From Octopus vulgaris (taxonomy: Eukaryota): a stretch of DNA of 248,000 nt. A program made the position numbers and the translations under genes. Below, in pieces: positions 185,471-201,018 of this stretch. The DNA lies in assembly GCA_951406725.2 (NCBI GenBank), contig OX597826.1, forward strand, positions 60,036,001-60,284,000, in the 5' to 3' direction. The stretch's first letter is position 1. Every line of letters starts with the position of its first letter. The notes beneath the pieces are model-generated. The model saw only the letters and a program-made list of their open reading frames with translations, had not been told where the DNA came from and did not search any database.

Positions 185471-187656
185471 TGTGCTATAAATGGAAGTGTAGTCAAATCC
185501 TATTTTATGAATTCAACCATAGCAAAAAATTCTATGCCCCCACACGGAGCATAGAAGTGCGGGTAAATGAGCATTGGAGGGAACTTAAGGAAGATAAGAG
185601 ATCATCGGTTCTGTACCAGCACGGGGGGCTCGCTCAACAACATAGAAGTTAAAATCTTCAACATACAACAGACGCAACGCTTAGACAAATTACAGAAGCT
185701 ACACACATAATAGAAGATAAACCTAGCCTGAATAGGAAGCTGGAATGGAATACTAGCACACACCCACAACACACCACAACATACGACAGAATGAGAGCCC
185801 CATAAACTAATAATAAAATGAGTATAATATAAACTATATACAGATAAACAAATGGAATTAAATAACTATATACGTTAACAAAATAAATTAAATTAATTAC
185901 AAAAAAGAAAGAATAGAAAAAATAAGTAGGTATAAACACATGAACAAAATAAATAAAGACAAATTAAATGAACGTGTATAAACAGGGGATAGTGCTAATA
186001 CAGCACATCTCCCTCCCCCCATACACACACACTTACTAAACATAGACAAACGTAAATAAAGACATATACAATAGGAATACAAAATGTCTGATCATTAGTA
186101 AGGTAAGACACAAAAAAGAAAGAAGAAAGCAAAGGACCACTGATGAGGTAACAGAAGTGTGACGAAAGAACTCTGGCCGAAATACGATTAATTCAAAAAT
186201 AAAACTGAAGCAAATAAACACCAAATATATAGTGCGTGTGTTCTTATTGGCTAAACTGGCAACGTGACTATACCCAAATACAACAATATATATATATATT
186301 ATACACACACACACATATATATGTATGTATATACACATATATATGGAGGTGTGTATGGATATGTACACACACACACGCACATATAAATAACGCATATATT
186401 ATATATGTATGTGTGCGTGTGCACATATATAAATTATATCTTTTGTATGTATGAATGTATGTATGTATGTATGTTTGCACGTATGTATACATGTATGTTT
186501 GGTTACATGACTGCATATAGGTATATGTGTATGATTGTAACCTGACATACTTATGGACCACTGCACTGAAATATTAAAGTGTTTAAACCTATAGACGCAA
186601 TCATAAAGCTAACAAATATGAACTATCTTACATATAATCATACACCCACACACCCAGGTATACATATCACACATATACGTACAGCTGTGTGTCTGAGTCT
186701 GTGTATTATGTGAGCATATGTATTATGTATGTCTGTATCTCCGTGTGTTTCTTGGCGAGGAATATCTTGGAAATTGAAAACAGTTTCTTTCACTTTCATT
186801 TTTATTGTAGCCAAAAAAAAAAAAGAAATAATAAATAACAAAAGAAAATAAATACAGGAAATGAAGTGTTTTATTATCGAACAGATATAACATAGAATAG
186901 AAAAATAAGAAAATTTACACAGACGAATGAATAAAATTATAAAAGAATGAAAAGTATAACGGAATGAATGAATATATGAAGTAAAACTGTAAATATAAAA
187001 TCTTTAAGTCTTTTACGAAATTAAAATAAGGATGTATGAAGTGTCCAGTTTGATGATGCTTGGAACACTTTAGAAGCAGTTTAATACACTGGTAGAATCC
187101 ATCTTGAAGTACTAATTAAGACTATCGTGGCGATGGGAAGAAATAGAGAATAAATAAATGAAAAAAAATTGCGATTTTAATTCAGGTTTTTAATTAAATG
187201 CGAACAAATATGATGATTATAGGAGTGGAGAGGAATAATAGTGAAGATGATAAAAATAATAATAATAATAATGATAATAATGATAATAATAATAATTATA
187301 AGAAGAAGAAGAAGTGGAGAAGAAGAAGAAGAAGAAGAAGAATTAGAAGAAGAAGAATTAGAAGAAGAATGACAACAACAACAAAAACAACAAGGAGAAG
187401 AAGAAGATGAAGAAAGTGAAGGAAAAGAAGAAGAAGAAGTAGAAGATGTAGAAGACGAAGAAGAAGTAAAAGATGAAGAAGAAGAAGTAAAAGATGAAGA
187501 AGAAGAAGAAGAAGAAGAAGAAGAAGAAGAAGAAGAACAAGAAGAAGATGAGCAAGAAGGAGAAATAGGAGGCAAGAACAGAAAACAAGATGAGGAATAT
187601 AACAAATAAAATTGTTTTTGTTGATGTTGATGTTATTATTATTATTATTATAATTA

Positions 187657-187730
<74 letters not shown>

Positions 187731-188628
187731 AATAATAATAATAATATTACTGAAGCAACAGCAATGGTACTATTAATTTTATAGAAAATTCAACGTCAGA
187801 AATTGAAGTAGGAAGGTGTATTATTACTAGTAGCTGCGTCAAATTGTATATATCTGTTGAGCATGTGGCTACTATATACATGTGAGTCATTGCGCATGAA
187901 TATAAGAATAACATATGTGGTTAATATTTTCACCACGCAACCTGGGGACCTTGGGTTCTATTTCAATATTCGCACTTCGATCAAGCATTCCTACCGTAGT
188001 CCTTATTTACCTTTCATTCCATATTTTGGTGTTCCTTAATGAACCGACGTGGCTCAGTTCGAACTATCTAAAAACGCGCGTAGGATCTTTAATATAAACT
188101 TGATTTCATCCATGTTTCTCCCACATTTGCTCAGTAGCTGGTAATTGGTAATACTACACAATATAATGTGTAATATAATGGTTTATTAACAACTATGCAG
188201 AAAGCAGCTGGGAGTAAGAAATATATATATATATATATTTCTAGCATATGGGTGTCCAGATAGTGGTTTCCCTATTATATAAAAAATACAAAATGGGACA
188301 AGAACGCAAAACATCCAAACAGTTAGGTGACACAAAAAAGCGCGAAACAAAACATTCAGATAGAAGATACAAAGAAAATAAGGATGGGTCATTCGGAGTT
188401 TTCTTTCCTCAGTCGAGTTCCAGATTTATCTTTGCAATTTCGGCTGGTTTTGCCCTATGTGGCAAGGCCAACACTTTGTATTACAGGTATCATACATTTT
188501 TACCAGCTTATTGAACAGGAGCAAAATGAAACAACTTGCCTTGCTCAACGGAATTGAACTCCCGACCTTACTTTCGGAAACTGAATATCGTAACCACTTA
188601 CCCAAGTATGCATGTTAATACATACATA

Positions 188629-188693
<65 letters not shown>

Positions 188694-189991
188694 ATGCCAC
188701 TCTCTCTCTATTTCTGTTGACACACACACACGCATATATATACATATATATATAGAGAGAGAGAGAGACAGAAAGAGAGATAGATAGATAGATAGAGATA
188801 TATAGATATAAATATGAAGTTATATATTAGGACCAGAAAATATATGATATTTTAGGACTTTCTATAGAGAACAAAATCTTTTCAGAATCATAATAAGGGG
188901 AAGGAGGATGGGTATATTCGTGGTAGACATTGTGAGAATAACACGTGACGGAAAACTGAAACCAGCAAAAATCACAAGAGGAATCTCGTTTTTCGATACA
189001 TAAAGGGGATACTAATTAAATTGAAGAACAGAATAGCTTTTTAGACATTTCAGGACGTCATACTAAGTTCTAATGGGCTGGATGCGCGTAAAATGTACGT
189101 GTCTAAGCATGGATGTATAAATACATACATACATACATACATACACACACATATATATGCACACACACGCACACACACACACCCATATATATACACGCAT
189201 ATATAAATTTATATATGTACGGATATATCCATATACAAGTTTGTGTATATGGATATGAGTATATCTACATGATGTATGTAAATACATATATAATACATGT
189301 ATAACTTTATATACATACTCAAGCGTGCACATATATATACGTATGTATGTATGTATTTATATATATACGTATGTATGTATGTATTTATATATGTATGTAC
189401 GTACGTATGTATGTATGTATGTATGTATGTATGTATGTATGTATGTATGTATAAGCCATACACGTTCACACAAGTCCAATTTCATGCAAGCATTATGAGT
189501 TTCGTGTAAATGTAACTGTTCCACTGTCACCGATAAGTATTCAATTGTTCCAACAGCTGAACTGATTTTTCATTCAATTATTGTGCAGGTGGCCGAATGT
189601 TTCATAGACACGTTCGAATTTGTTATAACTGCGAAAAACAAAAAAATATCAACTCAACAAAGTGTGTAACAATATAAGATCTGTAAATGACAGTAACAGT
189701 ATTCAAAGGCCTAAAACTTGGTGGATCAAATCATGGTAGACGACGTTTGTCCAATGTTCCGGGCAGTCGATCTGAAATCGGAACCTCTTGATTATAGGCC
189801 TGCGTTCACATAAATGTTGTTACATACACGGTATTCAAAAAATGACTGGTTATATGGAACCCCCGACTATTATGCATCCGAAATCCTTTTTTAACTTATT
189901 ATACTAGTTCGTATTATTTGTAATCAAATCTATTTTGCTTTCCTCCTGTTATAAATAGGTATATGTGTGTATGTATGTATATTATCTATCC

Positions 189992-190119
<128 letters not shown>

Positions 190120-190604
190120 CTATATATACATATATATATATCGAAATAGTTTGATTCAAATTAGTTGGTACTCTTGAGTTTCAACGGATACCAACACATT
190201 TGAATCAAACTGTTTCGATCCATACACGTAATTCCGAATAAGTTAGTTGAGTGCTCTTTTTTTTGTTTTCCCGCACACTCGTATATATATGTATATTTAT
190301 ACTTTGGTACTCTAGGCACAAGACCCGAAGTTTTGGGAGAGTTGGCGAGCCAATTACATCAACTGGTACTTTATTAATTCACCCCGAAAAGATGAAAGAC
190401 AAAGTCGACCTCGGCGAAATTTCAACTCAGACAGACGAAATTTCGCCCGGCCTGTTAACGTTTGAGTGTGTGTGTGTGTGTGTGTGTGTGTATACATAAT
190501 AAAATGAATCGTTTATACATGGTAATTTACTTGTAATGTGCGATCGTTTTTTAGGTGTTCGCTACGTTTATGGTAAATGATAGACTGAAGAAACGAGAAT
190601 TCTT

Positions 190605-190718
190605 ATTAATCCCGACAATAGTTTCGACACATCTAGATTCGATCCCACACGGGTGAGATGTTTAACAATTGGTTCAGGAGCATCAAGCAGTGTAGATATG
190701 TCTCTTCGGATGATAAAC
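190605..190718 (-). ncRNA. Second (inverted) copy of the long-stem-II hammerhead-like motif
   Basis: Minus strand CCGAAGA-GACATATC...GATGTGTC-GAAAC-TATT-GTC-GGGATTAAT. Confidence 0.55.
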
Positions 190719-191269
190719 TTGTTAAAATAAGAGTTCTGCAGTGTATCCTCTCATTTCGTGTAAAGAAATGCAGCAAATTAAAAAAATATATCTTCATTGG
190801 TATGCAAAGATGCAAAGAAGAAACGAACACACGGGTCAGCGAGAAAAGTACCAAAGATAACCGATGACGGATATAGATGTATAAATTCCCTCGTGCAAGC
190901 TGCATGGCGCATGTACATTCGCCCATAAAAACATCCAAGAAGAAGTAAGCATATGCACACGTGTGACTTGGTTCACACACGTTCACACACCGAGTTAAAT
191001 AGCTACTTGGTGTTTATAAGGATGGGTATGAAGATACATTCCAGACCTGTTATTTTTACGAGACAAATCTATTTTATTTCATAATATTTGCCATAAGGCA
191101 ATACATAGATGGGACGGACAAGGACAGACAAACATAAAATGGGTGAAGTAGCTGTCAACGATTAAAATTTAACAATGATTATCATGCAGATAAGATTAAA
191201 ATTGAATACATTGCTAAAAGCAATGTTTAACACGAAGGAAAGACATCCTACACCAGAGTAGAACCTTTG

Positions 191270-191680
191270 CATTATTTCCGTGGCTCCGCTCACTTGGTGC
191301 CAATTCCTCCTAGCTTTCTCTCCACAAGCTTCCATCTTTCTCTGAATTTTTCACCTGACGGGTACCTCTTCTCCAGTCTGATCTTACTGCTGAGGTGGTA
191401 ACTAAAAAAGTTGACCAAAAGTTGATACAAAGGTACCCGTCACAATCCCTTTCAACCGCGTCTTCCATACTGTTTTTTCATCATGGCCACCACGCAGAAA
191501 AAAACAGGCTTTCCTCTCCCCGCTAAGGGAAGGAGGTGGCACAATCACGATGATGGACTCAGCTGAGAGTTGTACTCTTCCCATCGATGACAACAGTTGT
191601 TCTTTAAAAACTATGAGTCTCAATAATTCTGGACATTCCACGAATGCGTGCAAGACGGTTTCTCTATCACGAGTTATATC
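191270..191680 (-). mobile_element. L1/Tx1-like LINE C-terminal (zinc-knuckle) fragment
   Basis: RETVLHAFVECPEL followed by a W/K-rich tail, resembling the zf-RVT region; degraded. Confidence 0.55.
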
Positions 191681-191682
191681 TA

Positions 191683-191794
191683 TTTATCGACCGAAGAGAC
191701 ACATCTGCACCGTCGGATTCTCCTGAACCATTTGTTAAGTATCCCACCAGTGAGGGATCGATACTGGATGTGTCGAAACGACTGTCGTGATTAA
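191683..191794 (+). ncRNA. Hammerhead-like motif with long stem-II insertion
   Basis: CCGAAGA-GACACATC...(about 60 nt)...GATGTGTC-GAAAC-GACT-GTC-GTGATTAA. Confidence 0.55.
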
Positions 191795-193774
191795 TAACAA
191801 TTCTCGCTTCTTCTATCTTTCGTCTTTCATTCACCATATACTATATATATGAGTGTGAGTGTGTGTCTGTGTGTGTGTATGTGTGTGTGCACAATATGGA
191901 GCACACATACACAAGGTATATGTTTCGTCAGATCATGGGCAGGGAGAGGCAACGAACGTAAGAAAATATATTCTCATCAATTCACTTGGTGTTATATACA
192001 TATAATCAAAGGTGTTGGAAATGCACTGGGATATGTTAAGATTTTTAATTCTAAGTTTTTAAAGATGTAAGTGGTTTCTCTGATTTTCAAAATTTTAGAC
192101 AGAAAGACGTGGAGCTGTACTGCAGACACACGCACGTTTAAACACACGCACACACATGAACACACACACACCCGCACACACACACAAACACATACTTCAT
192201 AGATTTAAAACATATCCGTTCGCGATTTTATGTTCTTTCTCTCTCGTTTTAATTTTTCTTTTTACACTTTTTGTGAAGATTAAAAGACAGAGCTACGTGA
192301 AAAGCACCACATATTTGTCTACTCCCTACTGAGGAACTTTTGTGGAATTTTTCAGAGTTTCCCTTAGAAATATCTATTTCTCTTTGCAACCAATTATATA
192401 TTGCCATGGCTCTTTTATTGCTAGCCATGCAGAGTCAATTATGATGTAAAGAAATTCCGTGTTAGATTCGAGTCTATTTATTTGATGTTTACATAAACTA
192501 TTCTACATAGTAAGATAAATAAAGAGGATATAGACTACACACATTGATTCGTTTTGTTTTGTTTCTTACTAACTATAAATTCCTACCATTTGCACTGAAG
192601 AAAGAATTGTGAACTGTGTAACCCTTACTTATTTCAAATGTGTTACTCTAACCTAAGATTGTTTCAAATTTAAGATGCATCGTTCTTTCGTCGCACCAAG
192701 AACTTAACTCTCGTTCTGAAATTCTTTCGAAAAGTTGTTTTTATACATTAAAATATATTTTCATCTTGATCGTGAACTCTACAGCATTTCTTGTATGTTC
192801 TGGTAATTTAATCTCGTTTCAAGATTCCTATACGGACTCGATGAGGACTAATCCCCTTGTTTACCTCATATCTCGGATCCCATTTCCCGCTTTGGCATTT
192901 TCGTTAACTGCTTTGTAACATAGACTTGCATCGAATGAAACCTTTGGATTTATATACTGAAGTTTAAAAACGTAAACAGTTTTGACTTACACATATGTAT
193001 AGGGATACACGTACATATAGGCGTACATACATACCTATATATATATATATATTCTTCTTTTTCCTATTGTCGTTTCTTCCTACTCTGGTTGTTATAGATC
193101 GCTAGCCACTATACATTCTTTATTTTCTCTCCTTGCTTCTTTCTGTGGAAGAGCGTAGGCTCGAAACATTAAAGACTTTTTCATTTCCCGAGCGCTAAAC
193201 TAATACATCTGTTTGCTGTCTACACCAGCTCTCTTCGTATTTTGATATTTTAAATGAATTCTCCCCGTATATTACACGCTCACGTGTTCGCGCCAGTTGA
193301 TCCTGTCTCCTCTCATTACTCAACGAAATATTACATCTTCTACACTGGGCTATTCTACCTGGATTCCCTACCTGGACTTTCTACTCTCATACACTTCAGC
193401 TATACCTCTCCTGCCCATGGATTACACTAGACTCTCTGTTGATGAAAAATCGCTCCAATACACCACAACGTTCGAAGCTTTTGAATCTTTTGAACTTTAC
193501 TTAACTTTTTTGTACTTTCTAAACTTTTTTTGCACCTTCTGCTTTTTCCTATAGTCGTTTCGTCCTACTGTGTTTATTATAGATCGCTAGCCACTACGCG
193601 TTCTTTATTTTCTCTTCTTGTTTCTTTCTATGTTCCTTTGTGTGGAAGAGCGTAGGCTCGAACATTAAGGACTTCTCTTTTCCCGAGCGTTAAACTAATA
193701 CATATGAGTGATATCTATACCACGTGTCTTCGTCCTTTGTTGTTTTTTTTTGTGAATTTTCCCTATATATATAC

Positions 193775-193825
<51 letters not shown>

Positions 193826-193862
193826 TAGACAGATAGATAGATAGACAGATATATAGATAGAT

Positions 193863-193920
<58 letters not shown>

Positions 193921-194777
193921 TATGTCACCATGATAGATCGTTAGCCACTACACACATTTTTTTCTCTCCTTGTTTCTTCTGTGTCCCTTTCTGTAGAAGA
194001 GCATAGGCTCGAAACGTAAAATACTTTTTCTATTCCTGAGCGTTATACTAATACATCTGTTTGCTTTATACACCGCCTGTCTTCGTTTTTTGTTGTTTTT
194101 TTTCGTAAACTCTCCCTATATATATATATATATATATAGATTGCAGAGCATGCATCTATCAATGCAAAAAACTTCATAGCATGATAAATATGTCGAAGCA
194201 ACAAACACGTAGTAGTATAGACGTTGCTGGATAAGACGGAACACGTTTCTTTGATACTTTTATGTCTCACAAACTATCTTTTACTAACGCACTCTATCAT
194301 TATTGCACACATTTCGTAATATTTTTCTACTTTGGTACAAGATAAAACTTTCATTTTCACAGTTATTTTGTAGCTTGCTTGTAGAAAAATTATGTAGTAA
194401 ATATTAGTGCTTAACTTTGAGCAATGTTATTAACTGAGATGCATGAACAGAACAAAGTGAAATGAAACAAAACTGCAAAGGTAAATAAAATCTACGCCGT
194501 ATTTATTCAGTTTATTAGTATTTCTTTTTTTTCTCAACGTTCCATATGATTTGTGCAAAGTAGCCAGAAGGGAAGTGAGGGATGTTTCAGTAATCAGTCT
194601 CAAGGATGAAACGTTGGAAATGGACTCTTAACATTTTTTATTATAATCTTAAGATAATGATATACTGATTAGTGTAACGTAGGAAGAAACATCGTAGCAG
194701 AAGCAACAGACTTAACAACGACAGCAGCAGCGACAGCAACAGCAGCAGCAGTAGCAGCAGTAGCAGCAGCAGTAGTG

Positions 194778-194824
<47 letters not shown>

Positions 194825-195659
194825 GGTGGTGGTGGTGGTGGTGGTGGTGGTGGTGGTGGCGGTGGTGCTAGTGGTGGTGCTAGTGGTGCTAGTGGTGGTG
194901 GTGGTGGTGGTGGTGCTAGTGGTGGTGATGGTGCTAGTGGTGGTGATGATGGTGGTGGTGGATTTGGTGGTGGTGGTGCTAGTGGTGGTGTGATGGTGGT
195001 GGTGGTGGATTTGGTGGTGGTGGTGGCTATGGTGGTGGTGGTGGTGGTGATGGTGGTGATGATGGCGGTGATAGTGGTGGTGGTGGTAGTAGTAGTAGTA
195101 GTGGAAGCAGCAGCAGCAGCAGCAGCAGTGGTAGTAGTAGTAGTAGTAGTAGTGTTTTTGTCAATATCATCTTTCATCAAGTTCATCTATGATGGAATGT
195201 ATACCAGTGAAGAAACTGATGTGTTATTGATACGTAACGTATCTAGGATTACTCTTCAATGTACACACCCTACTTTTAAGATCTCAAAAATGTGATTTAG
195301 GAGAAAAGTTGATGCTTAGGCTTACAGGTTTATGCGGCTGATAAAAATTAGTATGGCGAGGGAAATGTTAATAATTAACCCCGATTATGCAATCGAATTT
195401 ATTTTTACATTAGCAACTCGTTATTTATTCACTTCAGGCTTATACATTTAATTACCAGAATGAATTAAACTTACTTCAGATTCTTAGATTAAAACTGAGC
195501 GCATCAGCCAATTTTAGAGTAAGACGCTTTGGTCAGTTTCGATGTCTATGACAAGATATGAGTCGGTGTCACTTCCGACTCTTCTTTGACTCGTATTTTC
195601 CTCCTTATTCTTTTCCATTTTTCCATATCTTTCATTCTATTTAAATGTTTGTTTTAGTT

Positions 195660-195881
195660 ATACTCTTACTCACTTTTACTTGTTTCAGTCATTTGACTGC
195701 GGCCATGCTGGAGCACCGCCTTTAGTCGAGCAAATCGACTCCGGGACTTATTCTTTGTAAGCCCCGGGACTTATTCTATCGGTCTCTTTTGCCGAACCGC
195801 TAAGTGACGGGGACGTAAACACACCAGCATCGGTTGTCAAACACAGACACACATACAGCGGGGACAAACACAGACACACAA

Positions 195882-195912
<31 letters not shown>

Positions 195913-197219
195913 CACACATATATACGACAGGCTTCTTTCAATTTCCGTCTACGAAATCCACTCAGAAGGCATTGGTCGGCCCGGGGCTATAGCAGAAGAC
196001 ACTTGCCCAAGATGCCACGCAGTGGGACTGAACCCAGACCATGTGGTTGGTTAGCAAGCTACTTACCACACAGCCACTCCTGCGCCTATTATCTTAATTT
196101 CTGTTTGTTTGTTTGTTTTTTATTTTCATCATTTTTTATTCATTTAAAGTCTACGGGATACTCAACCAAATTTATTTAGAAAACAACTCTATTTCAGTAT
196201 GCAAATCTTTATGGTTTCCTAATATTACACTTCATACATTTTTCTGATTTTTTATTCTCTTGATCTTTTAATCATATTGGATCAAATATTGTTCTTCCTC
196301 TGAATTTTATTGACCAGCTGTCATCGCTTGTTAAAAAGAAGTCATATATGGTAACCTGCAGTATTGTGTTAACATTAAATGTTTACAATATATGAGACTG
196401 ACTGCTATCTTTAGTGAGGCCATAGGCCTCACTAAAGATAGTCAGTTTTAACTTATCATGAAGCGTTTGGAAGACAATATGTTGAATTAAAGCACACTTA
196501 CATACTCTTTTTACTCTTTACTCTTTTACTTGTTTCAGTCATTCGACTGCGGCCATGCTGGAGCACCGCCTTTAGTCGAGCAAATCGACCCCGGGACTTA
196601 TTTTTTGTAAGCCAAGTACTTATTCTATCGGTCTCTTTTGCCGAACCGCTAAGTGACGGGGACGTAAACACACCAGCATCGGTTGTCAAGCAATGCTAGG
196701 GGGACAAACACAGACACACAGAGACATGTGGTTGGTTAGCAAGCTATTTACCACACAGCCACTTATATATATATATATACATATATACGACAGGCTTCTT
196801 TCAGTTTCCGTCTACCAAACCCACTCACAAGGCATTGGTCGGCTCGGGGCTATAGCAGAAGACACTTGCCCAAGATGCCACGCAGTGGGACTGAACCCGG
196901 AACCATGTGGTTGGTTAGCAAGCTACTTACCACACAGCCACTCCTGCGCCATATATATTTTTTATTACTCTGTTATTGTTTTAAATGTTTCAGTCATTTG
197001 ACTGCAGCTATGGTGGATCACCGCCTTTTAGTCGAAGAAATCCACCCCAAGACTTATTTTTTGTAAGCTCGGTACTTGTTCTATCGGTCTCTTTTCCCGA
197101 ACCGCTAAGTTACGAGGATGCAAACACACTAACATCGGTTGTCAAGCGATGGGTGAGGGAGAAGAAACGTAGACAGAAAGACATACGTAAATACACACAC
197201 ATATACGCACGCACACACA

Positions 197220-197302
<83 letters not shown>

Positions 197303-197440
197303 GACGAGCTTCTCAGTTTCCGTCTACCAAATTCATTGACAAGGCTTTGGTCGCCCCGACGCTATGGTAGAAGACACTTGTCCCCTGAACCACAGAACCA
197401 TGTGGTTGGGAAGCAAGCTTCTTACCACACAGCTAACCCT
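195660..197440 (-). mobile_element. Cluster of three co-oriented SINE family B copies
   Basis: Copies at about 195660-196090, 196505-196950 and 196985-197440. Confidence 0.85.
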
Positions 197441-197441
197441 A

Positions 197442-197506
<65 letters not shown>

Positions 197507-197769
197507 ATGACAGACAGACATACAGAGACAGAGAAAGAGAGCGGGAGGGAAAGAGAAGGAGAGAACAGCGTAAAAGGTAGGAATTGAAATCATTTCAATT
197601 TCATAACAACCGGTTATGAGGTAAGTACGAATGTAGCATAGGAAAAATGCGTAGGTGTACGATAAAAGGAGGTGAGAGGCATCCTAAGTTTCAGTCAACG
197701 GCTTGTTGACTTCCCTTGTTTTAACCCTGTGGTGGTTCTTTTTCTCATTCAATACCATAGATCATCATT

Positions 197770-198155
197770 GTGGAGGCGCAATGGCACAGTGGTTAGGGCA
197801 GCGGACTCGCGGTCGTAGGATCGCGGTTTCGATTTCCAGACCGGGCGTTGTGAGTGTTTATTGAGCGAAAACACCTAAAAGCTCCACGAGGCTCCGGCAG
197901 GGGATGGTGGTGATCCCTGCTGCACTCTTTCACCACAACTTTCTCTCACTCTTTCTCCCTGTTTCTGTTGTACCTGTATTTCAAAGGGCCGGCCATGTCA
198001 CTCTCTGTGTCACGCTGAATATCCCCGAGAACTACGTTAAGGGTACACGTGTCTGTGGAGTGCTCAGTCACTTACACGTTAATTTCACGAGCAGGCTGTT
198101 CCGTTGGTCGGATCAACCGGAACCCTCATCGTCGTAACCGACGGAGTGCTTCCAC
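197770..198155 (+). mobile_element. SINE family C head joined to the family E tail
   Basis: Family C head and body, then ...GTACCTGTATTTCAAAGGG...GTAACCGACGGAGTGCT tail as in 96105-96425. Confidence 0.8.
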
Positions 198156-199623
198156 CATAGATCATAGATCTGCTGCTTATAAAACTGTCATCAATGAGGA
198201 GAGCGCCGTAAAGGAAATCCTAAGTTTTTATTAATGATCTTAACTGCTTCTTGTTAATTAAATAACACTTATAAACATATAACACAACATAAATTAGAAG
198301 TATGAAAATTACTTTAAATATCAAACATTTAGGAATTTGCACAAAACGGTATGAACATTGTGATTCGCTCAATTGATATTTAGTGTTCTTTTCGTTAGAT
198401 TCCTTCCTCCACGCTACGATAAACATGAACAGCTGGCCAAACACAATTAGTCACACGTTATTTGCATTTGTCATGTGAAATCATGTGTTAGTGTGTTAAT
198501 TATATCTGGCGTATTATTGTATACACAATAATTATAGTTTCCGAAGTCAACTACCATAGCAAAATCCCATAAATAGTACATTACCGCAACACCCTGCAAC
198601 CAGCTTCTTTTTTTTTAAAGATATGAAACTGGCCATGCCATTCAGCGACGTATTTTCGTTGAAGGCTTCGTATAAATAACTTCTGAAAAGATTGCAGGTG
198701 TTATTGGAATGACAATGATTGTGTAACAGAGAATAACTGCCATACAATATATATCGTAGAATATTAATCATTACATTTTAGAGAGAGAGAGAGAATCGAC
198801 TTTAAATATCTTCACTGATAGTTCTGGAAGCTTAGACGCAGAAGAAGTAACGAGGCACCAATAAAAGGAAGTATTATTTTAAAAACATATAAACATATAA
198901 TAAGCCATCCATAAATTGCACCAAGCGGTTCAGCTTCTACATCGCTGTGTAAAGTAATGTATAATGGCAGCAGATATTAATTTATATAGAAGGAATGAAA
199001 CATTTGGAACATGCTGAAACGTTTTATCACAAATAAGTAAATGTCTTTTATATTCAATTGCAGCGCAAACAAAATGTGTTATCTCTCTTAAATCTATTAA
199101 ATAAATCTACGGAGGAACAGAATAAGACAAAGGAGATATTTCTCACTAAGAACGTGTAACTATAAAATTATAGTTTTCTCTTTTTCCACTCTTTGCTCAA
199201 TCGTAGATCTAATTTTCGATGTTTCCTTACAATCCATATCAACTGGTTCTACACGGATTACGCTGAAAACAACTTGACTATAATTACCAGTTCCGCCTAG
199301 GATCATGTAGTAATGTGTCAAAAATGAATTACAAATTGTACATTAAAATTACGGATAAACTTACTTCCGTAACGTACACAAGTGGAGTTATATGTGGAAT
199401 CATGAGTATGAGACGGCATTCTGAAAGACAAGAAACATTCCATGTGTAAGGCCTTTGTAAAATATCTAAATGAATAACAAACATACGGCCATAAATAGAA
199501 AATAACTATATTGAATATCAGATAATGAAATCTCTTTAGGACACTAAAATAGGTATTTCTAAACCTAACATTCGATTTTAATGTGTTATATATATTTTAG
199601 TATCTATCTTTCTATCTATATAT

Positions 199624-199722
<99 letters not shown>

Positions 199723-199813
199723 ACTATCTACATATCTATCAATCAATCAATCAATCTATCTATCTATCTATGAATCTATCTATATATATGTATGTATATA
199801 TATATTTATATAG

Positions 199814-199846
<33 letters not shown>

Positions 199847-199848
199847 TA

Positions 199849-199903
<55 letters not shown>

Positions 199904-200263
199904 GAGTGTGCGCGCGAGAGTGTGCCTGCGTTTGTCCCCCTACCATCGCTCCCCAACTGATGTTGATGTATCTACGTCCCCTTAACTTAGCGGTTCGGCA
200001 AAATTAACCGATTGGATAAGTACTAGGCTTACAAAGAATGAGTTCTGGGGTCGATGTATACTCTTTTACTCTTTCATTTGTTTTAGTCATTTGACTGCGG
200101 CTCTACTGGAGCACAGCCATTAGTCAAAGAACTCATTCTTTGTAAGCCTTGTCCTTATATAAGTGTGCTTGTGCGTGTATGTAAATGCATTTATATATGT
200201 ATATATTAAGACACTCACACATACACACAACTATATATAAACGTATCTATATGTATTCATGTG

Positions 200264-200302
<39 letters not shown>

Positions 200303-200683
200303 CCACACACACATAATAACACGCACGCACACACACACACACACACACATGGTTTTACATTTGTGTTGCACGCGCGTTTATGTGTGTAAGTGTAAGACAT
200401 AATGTGTGACGGTCCTTTTGGATGCAAGTATGGAAGCCTTTTCATTATACGCTAAGATACCTTTGTTTTAACATGGCCAATATCTCATACCACGGTCCAC
200501 GTAATTGGACAAAGCCGCCATCTTCAATCACCTTCCACGCCAGTTAATTAATCTATAGACACCATCAAGACATGTCTGTACACTTGTATACTATCCTCAA
200601 CGCATTCGGAAGTACATGCATCACTTACCGCAGCGATCATTTTCGGAGACAACAGCTTCACACTATGATCTGAGTACATGTAC

Positions 200684-200722
<39 letters not shown>

Positions 200723-200808
200723 TGTGTGTGTGCATAATATTTATATATATATGTATATATATACTATATATATATATACATACGTATATATATATAGGTA
200801 TATATATG

Positions 200809-200870
<62 letters not shown>

Positions 200871-200957
200871 AGAGAGAGAGAGCGAAAGGATAGATAGATA
200901 GATAGATATATATATAGATAGATAGATACATATATATATATATATATATACGTATAT

Positions 200958-201018
<61 letters not shown>

